This document shows, piece after piece, positions 23,072 to 31,897 of a DNA stretch of 32,000 bases. Position 1 is the first letter of the stretch, and each line of letters begins with the position of its first letter. Both the position numbers and the translations under genes were made by a program. The notes beneath the pieces are model-generated. The model ran no database searches. It was given only the letters and a program-made list of their open reading frames with translations, and had not been told where the DNA came from. The DNA comes from Synechocystis sp. PCC 6803 substr. PCC-P (GTDB taxonomy: Bacteria; Cyanobacteriota; Cyanobacteriia; Cyanobacteriales; Microcystaceae). Where the stretch lies: positions 1,650,001-1,682,000 of the forward strand of contig NC_017039.1 in assembly GCF_000284455.1 (NCBI RefSeq), read 5' to 3'.

Positions 23072-23326
23072 TCATTTTCCAAAACAGGCTTGTAGAACAT
23101 CTTGGGTTCTTTCCTCACGCATTTCTTCGATGATTTCATCTATAGAAAGATCAAAAGGTTTTCCCTGACGAGAAGCATAAATTTCTTGGCGATTGGTTTC
23201 AATTTTCCCCAAAACCTCCTGCCAGTTGCTATTTTTTTCTGCCAAATGAGTTTCCAATAACTTTTGCTCCTCTGGGGAAAGACTTTGAATTATTTGAACC
23301 AAGGATTCTACTAATTGGGTATTCAT
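23072..23326 (-). CDS. Small protein, probable antitoxin of the adjacent PIN protein; start at MNTQLVESLVQ
   Basis: 84 aa ORF with N-terminal LVQIIQSLSPEEQKLLETHLAEK helix region, directly upstream (9 nt) of the PIN ORF on the same strand. Confidence 0.78.
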   Translation of the reverse strand: MNTQLVESLVQIIQSLSPEEQKLLETHLAEKNSNWQEVLGKIETNRQEIYASRQGKPFDLSIDEIIEEMREERTQDVLQACFGK

Positions 23327-23377
23327 TATTAAATCTCCTGAATAGCTATTTTGCAAACTGTTTAGAAAACTTGAATT

Positions 23378-23926
23378 TTAACCAAATTTGATCATTGCTC
23401 GCCCTTCCATGAGGGGATGTTCCCCATTTAATAATGGTTCTAGCGTTGCTCGAATACGGTGGGCATCGGGAGGACAACCGGGCATAAAAATATCCACCGG
23501 AATAACCTCATGTAGGGGAATAACCTTGTCTAATAGAGGCGGCACAATACCAGGTTCATCGGGCAGTTGAGGCGTCCCATCTCCCAGTTCAATATAGGCT
23601 CGGCGCAGAACCGGATCGCTACCTTTGAGCATATTACGCATACCGGGGACATTGGCGGTTACAGCACAGTCCCCAAAGGAAATTACTACCTTCGTTTTCT
23701 GTCTCAACTCCAAAGCTAACTCTAAATTTTCTTCGTTGGCGATCGCCCCTTCCACTAGGCAAACATCCACATTGTCCGGGTATTCCTTGAGATCAGAACC
23801 AACGGGACTGAAAACCACATCAACTTTTTGAGCGAGATCAATGAGCCATTCGTCCATATCAAGGAAGGACATATGACAGCCGGAACAACCAGCGAGCCAA
23901 ACGGTAGCAAAACGAATTTTAGCCAT
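23378..23926 (-). CDS. hoxY: Bidirectional [NiFe]-hydrogenase small subunit HoxY
   Basis: WLAGCSGCHMSFLDMDEWL, SFGDCAVTANVPGMRN, MPGCPPDAHRI cluster-binding motifs. Confidence 0.97.
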   Translation of the reverse strand: MAKIRFATVWLAGCSGCHMSFLDMDEWLIDLAQKVDVVFSPVGSDLKEYPDNVDVCLVEGAIANEENLELALELRQKTKVVISFGDCAVTANVPGMRNMLKGSDPVLRRAYIELGDGTPQLPDEPGIVPPLLDKVIPLHEVIPVDIFMPGCPPDAHRIRATLEPLLNGEHPLMEGRAMIKFG

Positions 23927-23971
23927 GATTAAAAGTTTAGAAATGATGTTAAAAGTTCTTAAAAGTTCAAC

Positions 23972-24688
23972 CTACCTGACCCATTCCTTTTCTTTACGGG
24001 CAGTGGCTAAAAACTCCACCTTACGGCGATCGCCAATTTTTTCAGCAGTAGTTTCTCCTTTATGGAAGATAGAACCCGTGGGACAGGCATCCACACATTT
24101 GCCACAGGAAGTACAGGCATCAACGGTTCCCCAGGGCTGATTTAAACCAGAAACAATTTTGCATTCTGCGCCCCGGTAAGCCACATCCCAAACGTGGGCT
24201 CCCTCAATTTCATCGCAAACTCGCACACAACGGGTACAGAGAATACAACGGTTATGATCAATGCCAAACATGGGATGGGATAAATCCACTTCTCGCTTGG
24301 GAAATTGATATTTAAATCGGCTGTGATCCATACCCACCGTAATGGCCATATCTTGCAATTCACAGTTGCCGTTAGCCACACAAATGGCACAGACATGATT
24401 GCCTTCGGAAAAAAGTAATTCCACTGTCATACGTCGGTAATTTTGCAATTTTTCTGTGTTGGTGTGGACTACCATTTCTTCGCTCACAGCGGTAACGCAG
24501 GCGGGCATCAATTTATTCGTGCCTTCCACTTCCACCATGCACAAACGACAGGCTGCCGCTTCTGAAATCCCTTCTAAATGGCAAAGGGTGGGAATGGGAA
24601 CCCCTGCTTCTTTAGCCGCTTGCAAAATACTTGCGCCTTCTTCAATGGCGATCGCCTTATCATCAATGGTTAAAGTAACAACAGACAT
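23972..24688 (-). CDS. hoxU: Hydrogenase diaphorase subunit HoxU
   Basis: 2Fe-2S domain CHLEGISEAAACRLCMVEVEG; CAICVANGNCELQ; CILCTRCVRVCDEIEG; CTSCGKCVDACPTGSI. Confidence 0.97.
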   Translation of the reverse strand: MSVVTLTIDDKAIAIEEGASILQAAKEAGVPIPTLCHLEGISEAAACRLCMVEVEGTNKLMPACVTAVSEEMVVHTNTEKLQNYRRMTVELLFSEGNHVCAICVANGNCELQDMAITVGMDHSRFKYQFPKREVDLSHPMFGIDHNRCILCTRCVRVCDEIEGAHVWDVAYRGAECKIVSGLNQPWGTVDACTSCGKCVDACPTGSIFHKGETTAEKIGDRRKVEFLATARKEKEWVR

Positions 24689-24714
24689 TGGCCAAAAACT
24701 CCTTTGAAAATGAA

Positions 24715-25353
24715 TTAACTAAATTGTTGAAGTAGCCAACGCATGACTTCTCCATGATTCGTTTGGCGTGTTTTTTGCAACGCCTCTTCCAAAACAGCTA
24801 AATTTAATCCAGGTAAAACTAAAGATTCTCGAATTTGGTAGCTCCCTTGGTTTTCCATTTTAAACCCCATGATTTTAGTGGCCTTCACATCCACAATCCA
24901 ATATTCTTTAACGCCTAACTCTTCATAAAGTAGCCGTTTTTTTCCTTGATCATCAGCTAAGGAAGTATTGGCAATTTCGATAACTAAATCTGGGGGAGGA
25001 TAATCATTTAAATTGACAATACCTGTTCCAGAGGGGATAGCCATAGCATTATCCCCCACATGGCAAGAAATATCAGGTTGTACCTCCCAATGACCGGGTT
25101 TACGATAACTACAGGTATCATTTCCGTTGAGCGGAATTTTCTTAAAAATTGCATACAGACTAATAGCGTTACTAATTAGGTAATGGTCTCTTGAATGATC
25201 GTTACCAACGGGAGACATTTCAATTCTCAACTGGTTTTGATAGTAGTAGAACTTTGCTTTGTCATAATCGGGATTTTCAGTGGCTTGGATAAATTCTTCC
25301 CAGGTGGCCTCAGTCCAAGTGTCACTTTTGATGGGAGCAGTTAAAACATTCAT
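24715..25353 (-). CDS. Uma2-family (DUF820) protein located between hoxF and hoxU
   Basis: VQPDISCHVG, YPPPDLVIEIANTSLADDQGKKRLLYEELGVKEYWIVDVKA, canonical Uma2 core. Confidence 0.88.
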   Translation of the reverse strand: MNVLTAPIKSDTWTEATWEEFIQATENPDYDKAKFYYYQNQLRIEMSPVGNDHSRDHYLISNAISLYAIFKKIPLNGNDTCSYRKPGHWEVQPDISCHVGDNAMAIPSGTGIVNLNDYPPPDLVIEIANTSLADDQGKKRLLYEELGVKEYWIVDVKATKIMGFKMENQGSYQIRESLVLPGLNLAVLEEALQKTRQTNHGEVMRWLLQQFS

Positions 25354-25393
25354 GGTGTTTCAGAAAAGTTAACTGAGTGGATAAATTACCGAA

Positions 25394-26995
25394 CTAGACT
25401 TTGAGTAATTCTTCATATTCATGACGAAAATAGCGCAGGGTACTTATTACCGGATTAGGCGCACTCATCCCCAATCCACAAAGGCTAGTTTCCTTAACCA
25501 TATGGCAAAGATTTTCTAGTTTGATCAAGTCTTCTTGGGTAGCTTCCCCTTCTAAAAAGCGGGTTAAAAGGTCATAAAGTTGCACTGTGCCCGCTCGGCA
25601 GGGAATACATTTGCCACAGGATTCCGATTTGCAAAAATCCATATAAAACTGGGCCACGTCCACCATATTGGTGCTTTCATCCATGACAATCATGCCCCCG
25701 GAACCCATCATGGTGCCCAGGGCTAATAGGGTGTCATATTCGATGGGAGTATCCAATTTATCGGCGGGGATACAGCCTCCGGAAGGGCCCCCAGTTTGCA
25801 CTGCTTTGACTTGGCCACCATTGGGTACACCGCCCCCCATTTCCTCCACCACTTGTCGCACGGTGGTTCCCATGGGCACTTCAATCAGACCAGCGTTTTC
25901 CACTTTTCCTGTGAGGGCAAAAACCTTGGTGCCTTTACTTTTTTCCGTACCAATGGAGCCATACCAATCTCCCCCTTCCCGAATGATGGGTACAACGTTG
26001 GCGTAGGTTTCCACATTGTTAATCAGGGTGGGACTTTGCCACAAACCCGATTGGGCTGGATAGGGTGGTCTTGGTCGGGGCGTTCCCCGTTTTCCTTCCA
26101 CTGAGGCAATTAATGCTGTTTCTTCACCGCAGACAAAGGCACCGGCTCCTACTCGTATATCAATCTTGAAATCAATGGGAGAGTCAAAAATTTGGGTGCC
26201 CATCAGGCCATAACGTTTAGCCTGTTGGATCGCTTTTTGCAGTCGTTGGATAGCTAGGGGGTATTCCGCCCGCACATAAATGTAACCATGGTTAGCCCCC
26301 ACTGCATAGGCGGCGATCGCCATACCTTCGAGGATGCGATGGGGATCACTTTCCAACACACTGCGGTCCATGAAAGCACCGGGATCGCCTTCGTCAGCAT
26401 TGCAGATGACATATTTTTGCTGGCCGGGCATTTTGGCCACTGTGGCCCATTTCAAGCCGGTGGGATAACCGCCCCCACCCCGACCCCGCAGACCACTTTT
26501 GTTCATTTCCACGATCACTTCCTCTGGGGTCATTTCATAGACAACCTTATGAAGCTGTTCGTAGCCCCCTAGGGCGATGTATTCATCAATGGATTCGGGA
26601 TCAATCCGGCCTGAATTTTCCAAAGCAATATTCCTTTGCAGGGCGTAGAAGGGATGGTGGGGATCACCACTGATTAAGCCTGTTTCTGCAACTGCATCGG
26701 GTTTCTGCAATTTTTTGACAATATCCCCCACCTGGTCTGGGGTAACAAATTCGTAGAGTTGATTCCGGTCATCCACCGCCACTAGGGGGCCCCGGCCACA
26801 AAACTTCATACAGCCTACCCCACAGACTTCCACTTTTTCTTCCAATCCTGCTGCGGCGATCGCCGTGGTGAGATTTTTTTTCACCGTCTCCCCTTCAGAA
26901 GAAAGACAACCGGCAGCACTACAACAACGAATGCGAATTTTTGTTTGTTTCTCACGGCTTTTGGTGGCAATTTCCTTTAATTCTTTAATGTCCAT
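25394..26995 (-). CDS. hoxF: Hydrogenase diaphorase subunit HoxF (start at MDIKELKEIATK, 533 aa)
   Basis: N-terminal 2Fe-2S thioredoxin-like CCSAAGCLSSEG...CGVGCMKFCGRGP, FMN/NADH-binding GLRGRGGGGYPTGLKW, 4Fe-4S SCGKCIPCRAG. Confidence 0.97.
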   Translation of the reverse strand: MDIKELKEIATKSREKQTKIRIRCCSAAGCLSSEGETVKKNLTTAIAAAGLEEKVEVCGVGCMKFCGRGPLVAVDDRNQLYEFVTPDQVGDIVKKLQKPDAVAETGLISGDPHHPFYALQRNIALENSGRIDPESIDEYIALGGYEQLHKVVYEMTPEEVIVEMNKSGLRGRGGGGYPTGLKWATVAKMPGQQKYVICNADEGDPGAFMDRSVLESDPHRILEGMAIAAYAVGANHGYIYVRAEYPLAIQRLQKAIQQAKRYGLMGTQIFDSPIDFKIDIRVGAGAFVCGEETALIASVEGKRGTPRPRPPYPAQSGLWQSPTLINNVETYANVVPIIREGGDWYGSIGTEKSKGTKVFALTGKVENAGLIEVPMGTTVRQVVEEMGGGVPNGGQVKAVQTGGPSGGCIPADKLDTPIEYDTLLALGTMMGSGGMIVMDESTNMVDVAQFYMDFCKSESCGKCIPCRAGTVQLYDLLTRFLEGEATQEDLIKLENLCHMVKETSLCGLGMSAPNPVISTLRYFRHEYEELLKV

Positions 26996-27071
26996 GGGGT
27001 TTAAGCTCAATAACAACAAATCAAAAAATCAACTAGAAAAGATCAAGCAATCACCTGATACTTAATATCCG

Positions 27072-27593
27072 TTAACTGTTACTTAACCAAGGTTGTATCG
27101 CCGCCAATACCGCTTCGTCATTCTGCTTGCCCAACACTTTGCCGTCATAGACCACGGCTGGGGCAATGCCACAGGCTCCAATGCAACGGGCCGTCACCAA
27201 GGACATTTGTCCATCCTCTGTCGTTTCCCCCGGTTTCAGATGGACTTCCTGATCTAGGGTTTTCAGCAAATCCCCCGCCCCTTTAACGTAGCAAGCCGTT
27301 CCCAAGCAGACCACACAGGTATGTTTCCCACTGGGTTTAAGGGAAAAAAGATGGTAAAAAGTCGCCACTCCAAACACCCGGCTGAGGGGTAATTTAAGCC
27401 CCCGGGCTACGTAGAGCAGAACATCCTCTTCCAGGTAGCCAAAAATTTCCTGGGCTTTATGCAGGATTTCAATGAGGGCATCCTGATTAAATTGGTTGCG
27501 CTTCATGGTGGCGTCTAACACCTTAAAACGCTTGTCTCCACTAGGATGGGCCGCAGATGGGGGCACAGTTTGGCGATCGGTGGCAACGGTCAT
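27072..27593 (-). CDS. hoxE: Hydrogenase diaphorase subunit HoxE (start at MTVATDRQ, 173 aa)
   Basis: NuoE-like GVATFYHLFSLKPSGKHTCVVCLGTACYVKGA and LVTARCIGACGIAPAVVYDGKV. Confidence 0.97.
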   Translation of the reverse strand: MTVATDRQTVPPSAAHPSGDKRFKVLDATMKRNQFNQDALIEILHKAQEIFGYLEEDVLLYVARGLKLPLSRVFGVATFYHLFSLKPSGKHTCVVCLGTACYVKGAGDLLKTLDQEVHLKPGETTEDGQMSLVTARCIGACGIAPAVVYDGKVLGKQNDEAVLAAIQPWLSNS

Positions 27594-27768
27594 GGAAAAA
27601 TCCTCAAAAAGGAGCAATACAGCAGATAAAAGATGATTGGGAGAGCCTAAACCAGGTAAATTTGATTGCGAAAGTTAGCCTGATTTTCACCCTTAGTCGG
27701 GAAAGAATTTGTGTGCCTCCACAATCTTGCCCACAATAACGAATGGAATCTCTAGTTGGTTGCCTTCA

Positions 27769-27774
27769 TTGTTA
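27769..27774 (-). promoter_or_regulatory. Candidate -10 element (TAACAA on the minus strand) of the hox operon
   Basis: From memory, the hox transcript starts 168 nt upstream of the hoxE ATG, which is about position 27761; TAACAA lies 7-8 nt upstream of that point. Not independently verified. Confidence 0.45.
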
Positions 27775-28300
27775 CATCAACTTTTAAAAAGTGAGCAAAT
27801 CTTTAGCTTTCTTCAATGTCGATTACTTAATCGGGATAATTTAGACAACGAAAAAGTTGTTTTAAGCAACAAAAATAGTTCAAATAAATTGCACTAGATT
27901 TTGTTAATATTTCGTAACTAAATTAATATCGATTACTTCCCTTTAGTGAATAAAGTTAAATATTGCTTGCCATTGTTGGTGGGATTTTGTACATTGAATA
28001 CATGGAGCCGAAGGGCTTCACTGGCAGATAAAAACAGCCACTTCCGTCCGAAAACCCTAGTTTAACAAGAGAGGTAAAACCGAGCTGTTTCTTTCTAAAT
28101 CTGTCTCGTTTGTTTCTCAGTTCATCGCTCAGATGACGGACAACACCCAAACCGAAAATAGTCGCAACCCCAATTGCTAGCCATGGGAGATAGGCACTGA
28201 CCTTGTATTAGGTATTTGCAGCTCCGGTCATGCTCGAAGAAAGGAGGGTAAGTCGAACTAGTTACTAGGTTCTGGGTGTTGTTTGGAAGTGATTTCTAGG

Positions 28301-28332
28301 GAAAATATAAAGAAAAGAAAATATAAAGAAAA
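28301..28332. repeat. Perfect 16-bp tandem duplication GAAAATATAAAGAAAA x2
   Basis: Direct reading: 28301-28316 and 28317-28332 are identical. Confidence 0.85.
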
Positions 28333-28387
28333 GAGGATAGGAGAAATCTATTTTTTATGGTGAGAGGATAAAAGTTGAGTATTGTCG

Positions 28388-28966
28388 ATGAGTAGTTCGC
28401 CGAAGGTATTGAATCCTCAGGGCAAGCCATATGCTAGTGACACGAGTGATGAGGAGTGGAAGGTAATTGAGCCCAAGTCACCAGCCCAGCACCAAAAGGA
28501 TTTGGGCATCCTAGAGAGTTAGACCTACGAGAAATAAATTATCAATGCCATCTTTTATTTACAGCGCACAGGATGTCAATGGGAGATGTTCCCCTATGAT
28601 TTCCCTCCCCCATCAGACAGTATATAAATATTTTCACAAGTGGCAAAGGAAGGGAATTTGGCAACAAGTTCATGATGGATTACGTAAAGAGGTGAGAAAA
28701 AAGATAGGAAGAACTCCCAACTCTACTGTGGCAATGGTGGACTCCCAATCCGTTAAAACAACGGAAAAAAGGGGGAGGTATATGACTTTGATGGTGGCAA
28801 GAAAATTAAAGGACGTAAACGGCATATCGTAATTGAGGTCGTTAAGCGTTCATCTAAGGAATTTGAACTTTTAGCCGAGTGTTGGGTGATAGAGCGTACT
28901 TTTGGTTGGTTAAATCGCTATCGGCGATTAAGCAAGGATTACGAACTTTATACCGAAATAAGTTAA
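28388..28966 (+). pseudogene. Decayed IS5-type transposase remnant with frame changes and an internal deletion
   Basis: Frame 2: YASDTSDEEWKVIEP...; frame 3 (ORF 28545-28832): HQTVYKYFHKWQRKGIWQQVHDGLR...NSTVAMVDSQSVKTTEK; frame 2 again: GGEVYDFDGGKKIKGRKRHIV then IEVVKRS...ERTFGWLNRYRRLSKDYELY. The segment that should carry the second catalytic Asp is missing. Confidence 0.87.
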
Positions 28967-29028
28967 GCAATGATTTATGGTGCCCTCATCCGTATAATGC
29001 CTTCTCGTATTACTTTTTAATTTTTACT

Positions 29029-29307
29029 TCAGAAACTAGCTCTTAGTTCCATTTGGGATTCTAACCGTTGCATTGCTAAAGTACCTTCATGTAGTCTTCT
29101 TTCTTCCTCTAAATAATCTTGGTACATTTTCTCGGATTTGATATTTTCTCGTGCATTCTGTATATTTTCAGATGATTGTCGTAGATTTGTTGCAAGAAAG
29201 AAGACAAGACCAAACAAAGAAAAAAGAACAACTGTGGGCAAAGATTCTATAGACGGAAAAATATCGATTTTATTTTTTGGTTTCAAATTTGTTTTCTGGT
29301 CTTTCAC
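29029..29307 (-). CDS. Small hypothetical protein with one predicted transmembrane segment
   Basis: 92 aa ORF with hydrophobic LPTVVLFSLFGLVFFLATNL followed by a charged helix (EEERRLHEGTLAMQRLESQ), resembling a real protein more than noise. Confidence 0.5.
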   Translation of the reverse strand: MKDQKTNLKPKNKIDIFPSIESLPTVVLFSLFGLVFFLATNLRQSSENIQNARENIKSEKMYQDYLEEERRLHEGTLAMQRLESQMELRASF

Positions 29308-29689
29308 TCTCTCTTCGCTAAAACCACACTAATAACATATGTCCCTAATGAAATAGAACTGGCATGTTTTAAAGATGAGCCACATTGGGGTTATTTTTTG
29401 TTTATTTTATTTTACTCTTTGCTAGGATAAATATCGGCATACTTAGGCATTAATTGTTACCTGTGACCGAAATTTTATATTTAATCCTCACTACCTTAAG
29501 ACTAGACTAAATTTTTAAAATGGACAAATTTTTTTAAAATTTAATGAACGAGAATTATTATTTGCAAATTGGCAATAATAGTCTGAAACCTAAACTATGT
29601 AATTCTGAGCACACGCAGAGCTTGGGGTAAAATAACCACGGTTGACTGCTCCACCAACAATCCACTAATCCACAAAAACTAGGTCTGTC

Positions 29690-31162
29690 ATGGTTTACAC
29701 TCCTGCTCCGATTAAATTTGGTACCGATGGTTGGCGGGGGGTAATTGCAGCAGAATTTACCTTTGAGCGGGTGGTGTTGGTGGCGGCGGCGGCGGCCCAG
29801 GTGTTGGCGGCAGAATTTGGTAGTAGTGGTCGGGAACATCGCTTAATTGTGGGATACGATCGCCGTTTTATGGCGGAACAATTTGCCCTGTTGGTGGCCC
29901 AGACAGTCCAGGAATTGGGTTTTGAAGTCTGGTTGAGTGAAAGTTATGCTCCTACCCCGGCCTTTAGTTGGGCGGCCCATCACGAAAATGCCCTGGGCGC
30001 ATTGGTGTTAACAGCCAGCCATAATCCCGCCAATTATTTGGGTTTAAAAGTTAAAGGAGCGTTCGGTGGTTCCGTGGGCAGTGACGTTACAGAAAAAATA
30101 GAAGCCCAATTGCAAAATTCCTTACCCCAGCCCCAAGCGGGAGGTAGTTTGCAATATTTTGATCCCTGGCCTAGTTACTGCCAAGGCTTGCAGGCAAAAG
30201 TAAATGTTCAACCCATTCGAGAAGCAGTTCAACAGGGAAAACTCCGGGTATTTGCCGATGTGATGCATGGCGCAGCCGCCAGTGGCTTGGAGCGGTTACT
30301 AGGTTGTCCCATTGATGAAATTAACGGCGATCGAGATCCCTTGTTTGGCGGTGCTTCCCCTGAACCTTTGCCCAAATACGTTCCTAAATTATTAGCAGCG
30401 CTGCAAACGGCGGCCAAAGCTGGTGGGCCAGAGTTACGGGTGGGTTTGATTTTTGATGGCGATGCCGATCGGATTGCCGCAGTAGACGGCCAGGGTAATT
30501 TTCTCAGTTCCCAGGGTTTAATTCCCATTTTGATTTACCACTTAGCTACCCAAAAAGGCCTCCAGGGAGAAATTGTTAAAACCGTTAGTGGCTCCGACCT
30601 AATTCCCAAGTTGGCAGAGCTTTACGGCATTCCCCTCACGGAAACGGCGATCGGTTATAAGTATATTGCTGATCGAATGTTAACCAGTCCAGTCTTGATT
30701 GGTGGGGAAGAATCCGGTGGCATTGGCTATGGGGGTCACATTCCTGAACGGGATGCGTTGTTATCCGCCCTATATGTGTTGGAAACAGTGGTACAGTCCC
30801 AACAGGATATTAGTGAACAGTATGGTCGACTCCAGGAAAAAGTCTGCTTTGTCAGTGAGTATGACCGCATTGATTTACCCTTGGCCAGCATGGATGTCCG
30901 CACTGCGTTGGTACAAACCCTAAATGAAAATCCCCTAACGGCGATCGCCGGAGAACAAGTGACAGATTTATTGACCACCGACGGCTACAAATTCCGTATG
31001 GCCGGTGGCGGTTGGTTGCTAATTCGCTTTAGTGGGACGGAACCTTTACTGCGGCTTTACTGCGAGGCTCCCACCAGTTCCCGGGTACAGACGGTGCTCC
31101 ACTGGGCAAAGGATTGGGCAAATGGGGTAACGCCTGCCAAGCCTGCACAATCATCTCACTGA
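29690..31162 (+). CDS. Phosphoglucomutase/phosphomannomutase family protein
   Basis: FGTDGWRG, LVLTASHNPANYLGLKVKG (phospho-Ser loop), LIFDGDADRIAAVDG (Mg loop), IGGEESGGIGYGGHIPERDAL, IRFSGTEPLLRLYCEA. Confidence 0.95.
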   Translation: MVYTPAPIKFGTDGWRGVIAAEFTFERVVLVAAAAAQVLAAEFGSSGREHRLIVGYDRRFMAEQFALLVAQTVQELGFEVWLSESYAPTPAFSWAAHHENALGALVLTASHNPANYLGLKVKGAFGGSVGSDVTEKIEAQLQNSLPQPQAGGSLQYFDPWPSYCQGLQAKVNVQPIREAVQQGKLRVFADVMHGAAASGLERLLGCPIDEINGDRDPLFGGASPEPLPKYVPKLLAALQTAAKAGGPELRVGLIFDGDADRIAAVDGQGNFLSSQGLIPILIYHLATQKGLQGEIVKTVSGSDLIPKLAELYGIPLTETAIGYKYIADRMLTSPVLIGGEESGGIGYGGHIPERDALLSALYVLETVVQSQQDISEQYGRLQEKVCFVSEYDRIDLPLASMDVRTALVQTLNENPLTAIAGEQVTDLLTTDGYKFRMAGGGWLLIRFSGTEPLLRLYCEAPTSSRVQTVLHWAKDWANGVTPAKPAQSSH

Positions 31163-31355
31163 GGCGGTCCCTTTGGACGTAATCCAATAAACCATCCTCC
31201 GCCAGAATTTCCTGAACCACGTCATCCAAAGATTGGTCATGGGCCCGGGCCCAGTTGATAACCCCGGCGATCGCCACCGCCACTAATTCCTCGTTAGCGG
31301 GGAAACGGCGCAGGGCATCTAGTTCAGCGTAGGTTTTGGGGATGGCGTAGTGCAT
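31029..31355 (-). CDS. Conserved-looking hypothetical protein, convergent and overlapping with the 3' end of the phosphohexomutase gene
   Basis: MHYAIPKTYAELDALRRFPANEELVAVAIAGVINWARAHDQSLDDVVQEILAEDGLLDYVQRDRLSEMIVQAWQALP is folded-protein-like; the poorly structured tail falls in the overlap. Confidence 0.65.
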   Translation of the reverse strand: MHYAIPKTYAELDALRRFPANEELVAVAIAGVINWARAHDQSLDDVVQEILAEDGLLDYVQRDRLSEMIVQAWQALPHLPNPLPSGAPSVPGNWWEPRSKAAVKVPSH

Positions 31356-31795
31356 AGGGTTGGAAGCTTAGCACGGTTCTCTCCATTAAGCAATGGTTAA
31401 GTTGAAAATATTGCTCTGCAATGCAGTTAAGGCGAGATGCGAGTTAAGGAAAGCAGAAAATTTGGCAGTACATCTTCTCCCGACAAAGTATCTAGTTGTT
31501 CCAAAATTTCCACTGTTTTATAGAGAGAAACAACTCGGATAATCGGTTTGCCAGATGTCATGGCCGCACGCAAGTTGTCTCCAAGTCATTCCACATGGTT
31601 GATATCACCGTGGCAATATTTGCCAAACCGAGGTCAATGGTAGCATAGAACTACTACGCAACTAGCGCCTCTCATTACTTTATTGAAACTCTTAGCTATT
31701 TTTTGCCTGATTGATCTTTGTTCCTTTGAAAATTGCCTGAAAGCTGATAATAGTTTGGCTCCCTTTTTGTTGAAATAATTCATTCAGATTTCTAT

Positions 31796-31839
31796 TTTTA
31801 TCAAACTGATTAACCCCTTTTATCAAACTGATCAACCCC
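31796..31839. repeat. 22-bp tandem duplication TTTTATCAAACTGAT(T/C)AACCCC x2
   Basis: 31796-31817 and 31818-31839 differ at one position only. Confidence 0.85.
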
Positions 31840-31897
31840 AACCTCAGTCGATAGACGTTGACTTGGGGACAGCAAGGGAGAATTTTGAAAATTGTGA

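Noticed and set aside
27956-28150. 64 aa minus-strand ORF in the hoxE upstream region
   Set aside because: Short, biased composition, no motif and no clear ribosome binding site; region treated as noncoding.
28545-28832. Independent 95 aa gene as called in the ORF track
   Set aside because: It is the middle frame of a broken IS5-type transposase; homologous segments continue in another frame on both sides.
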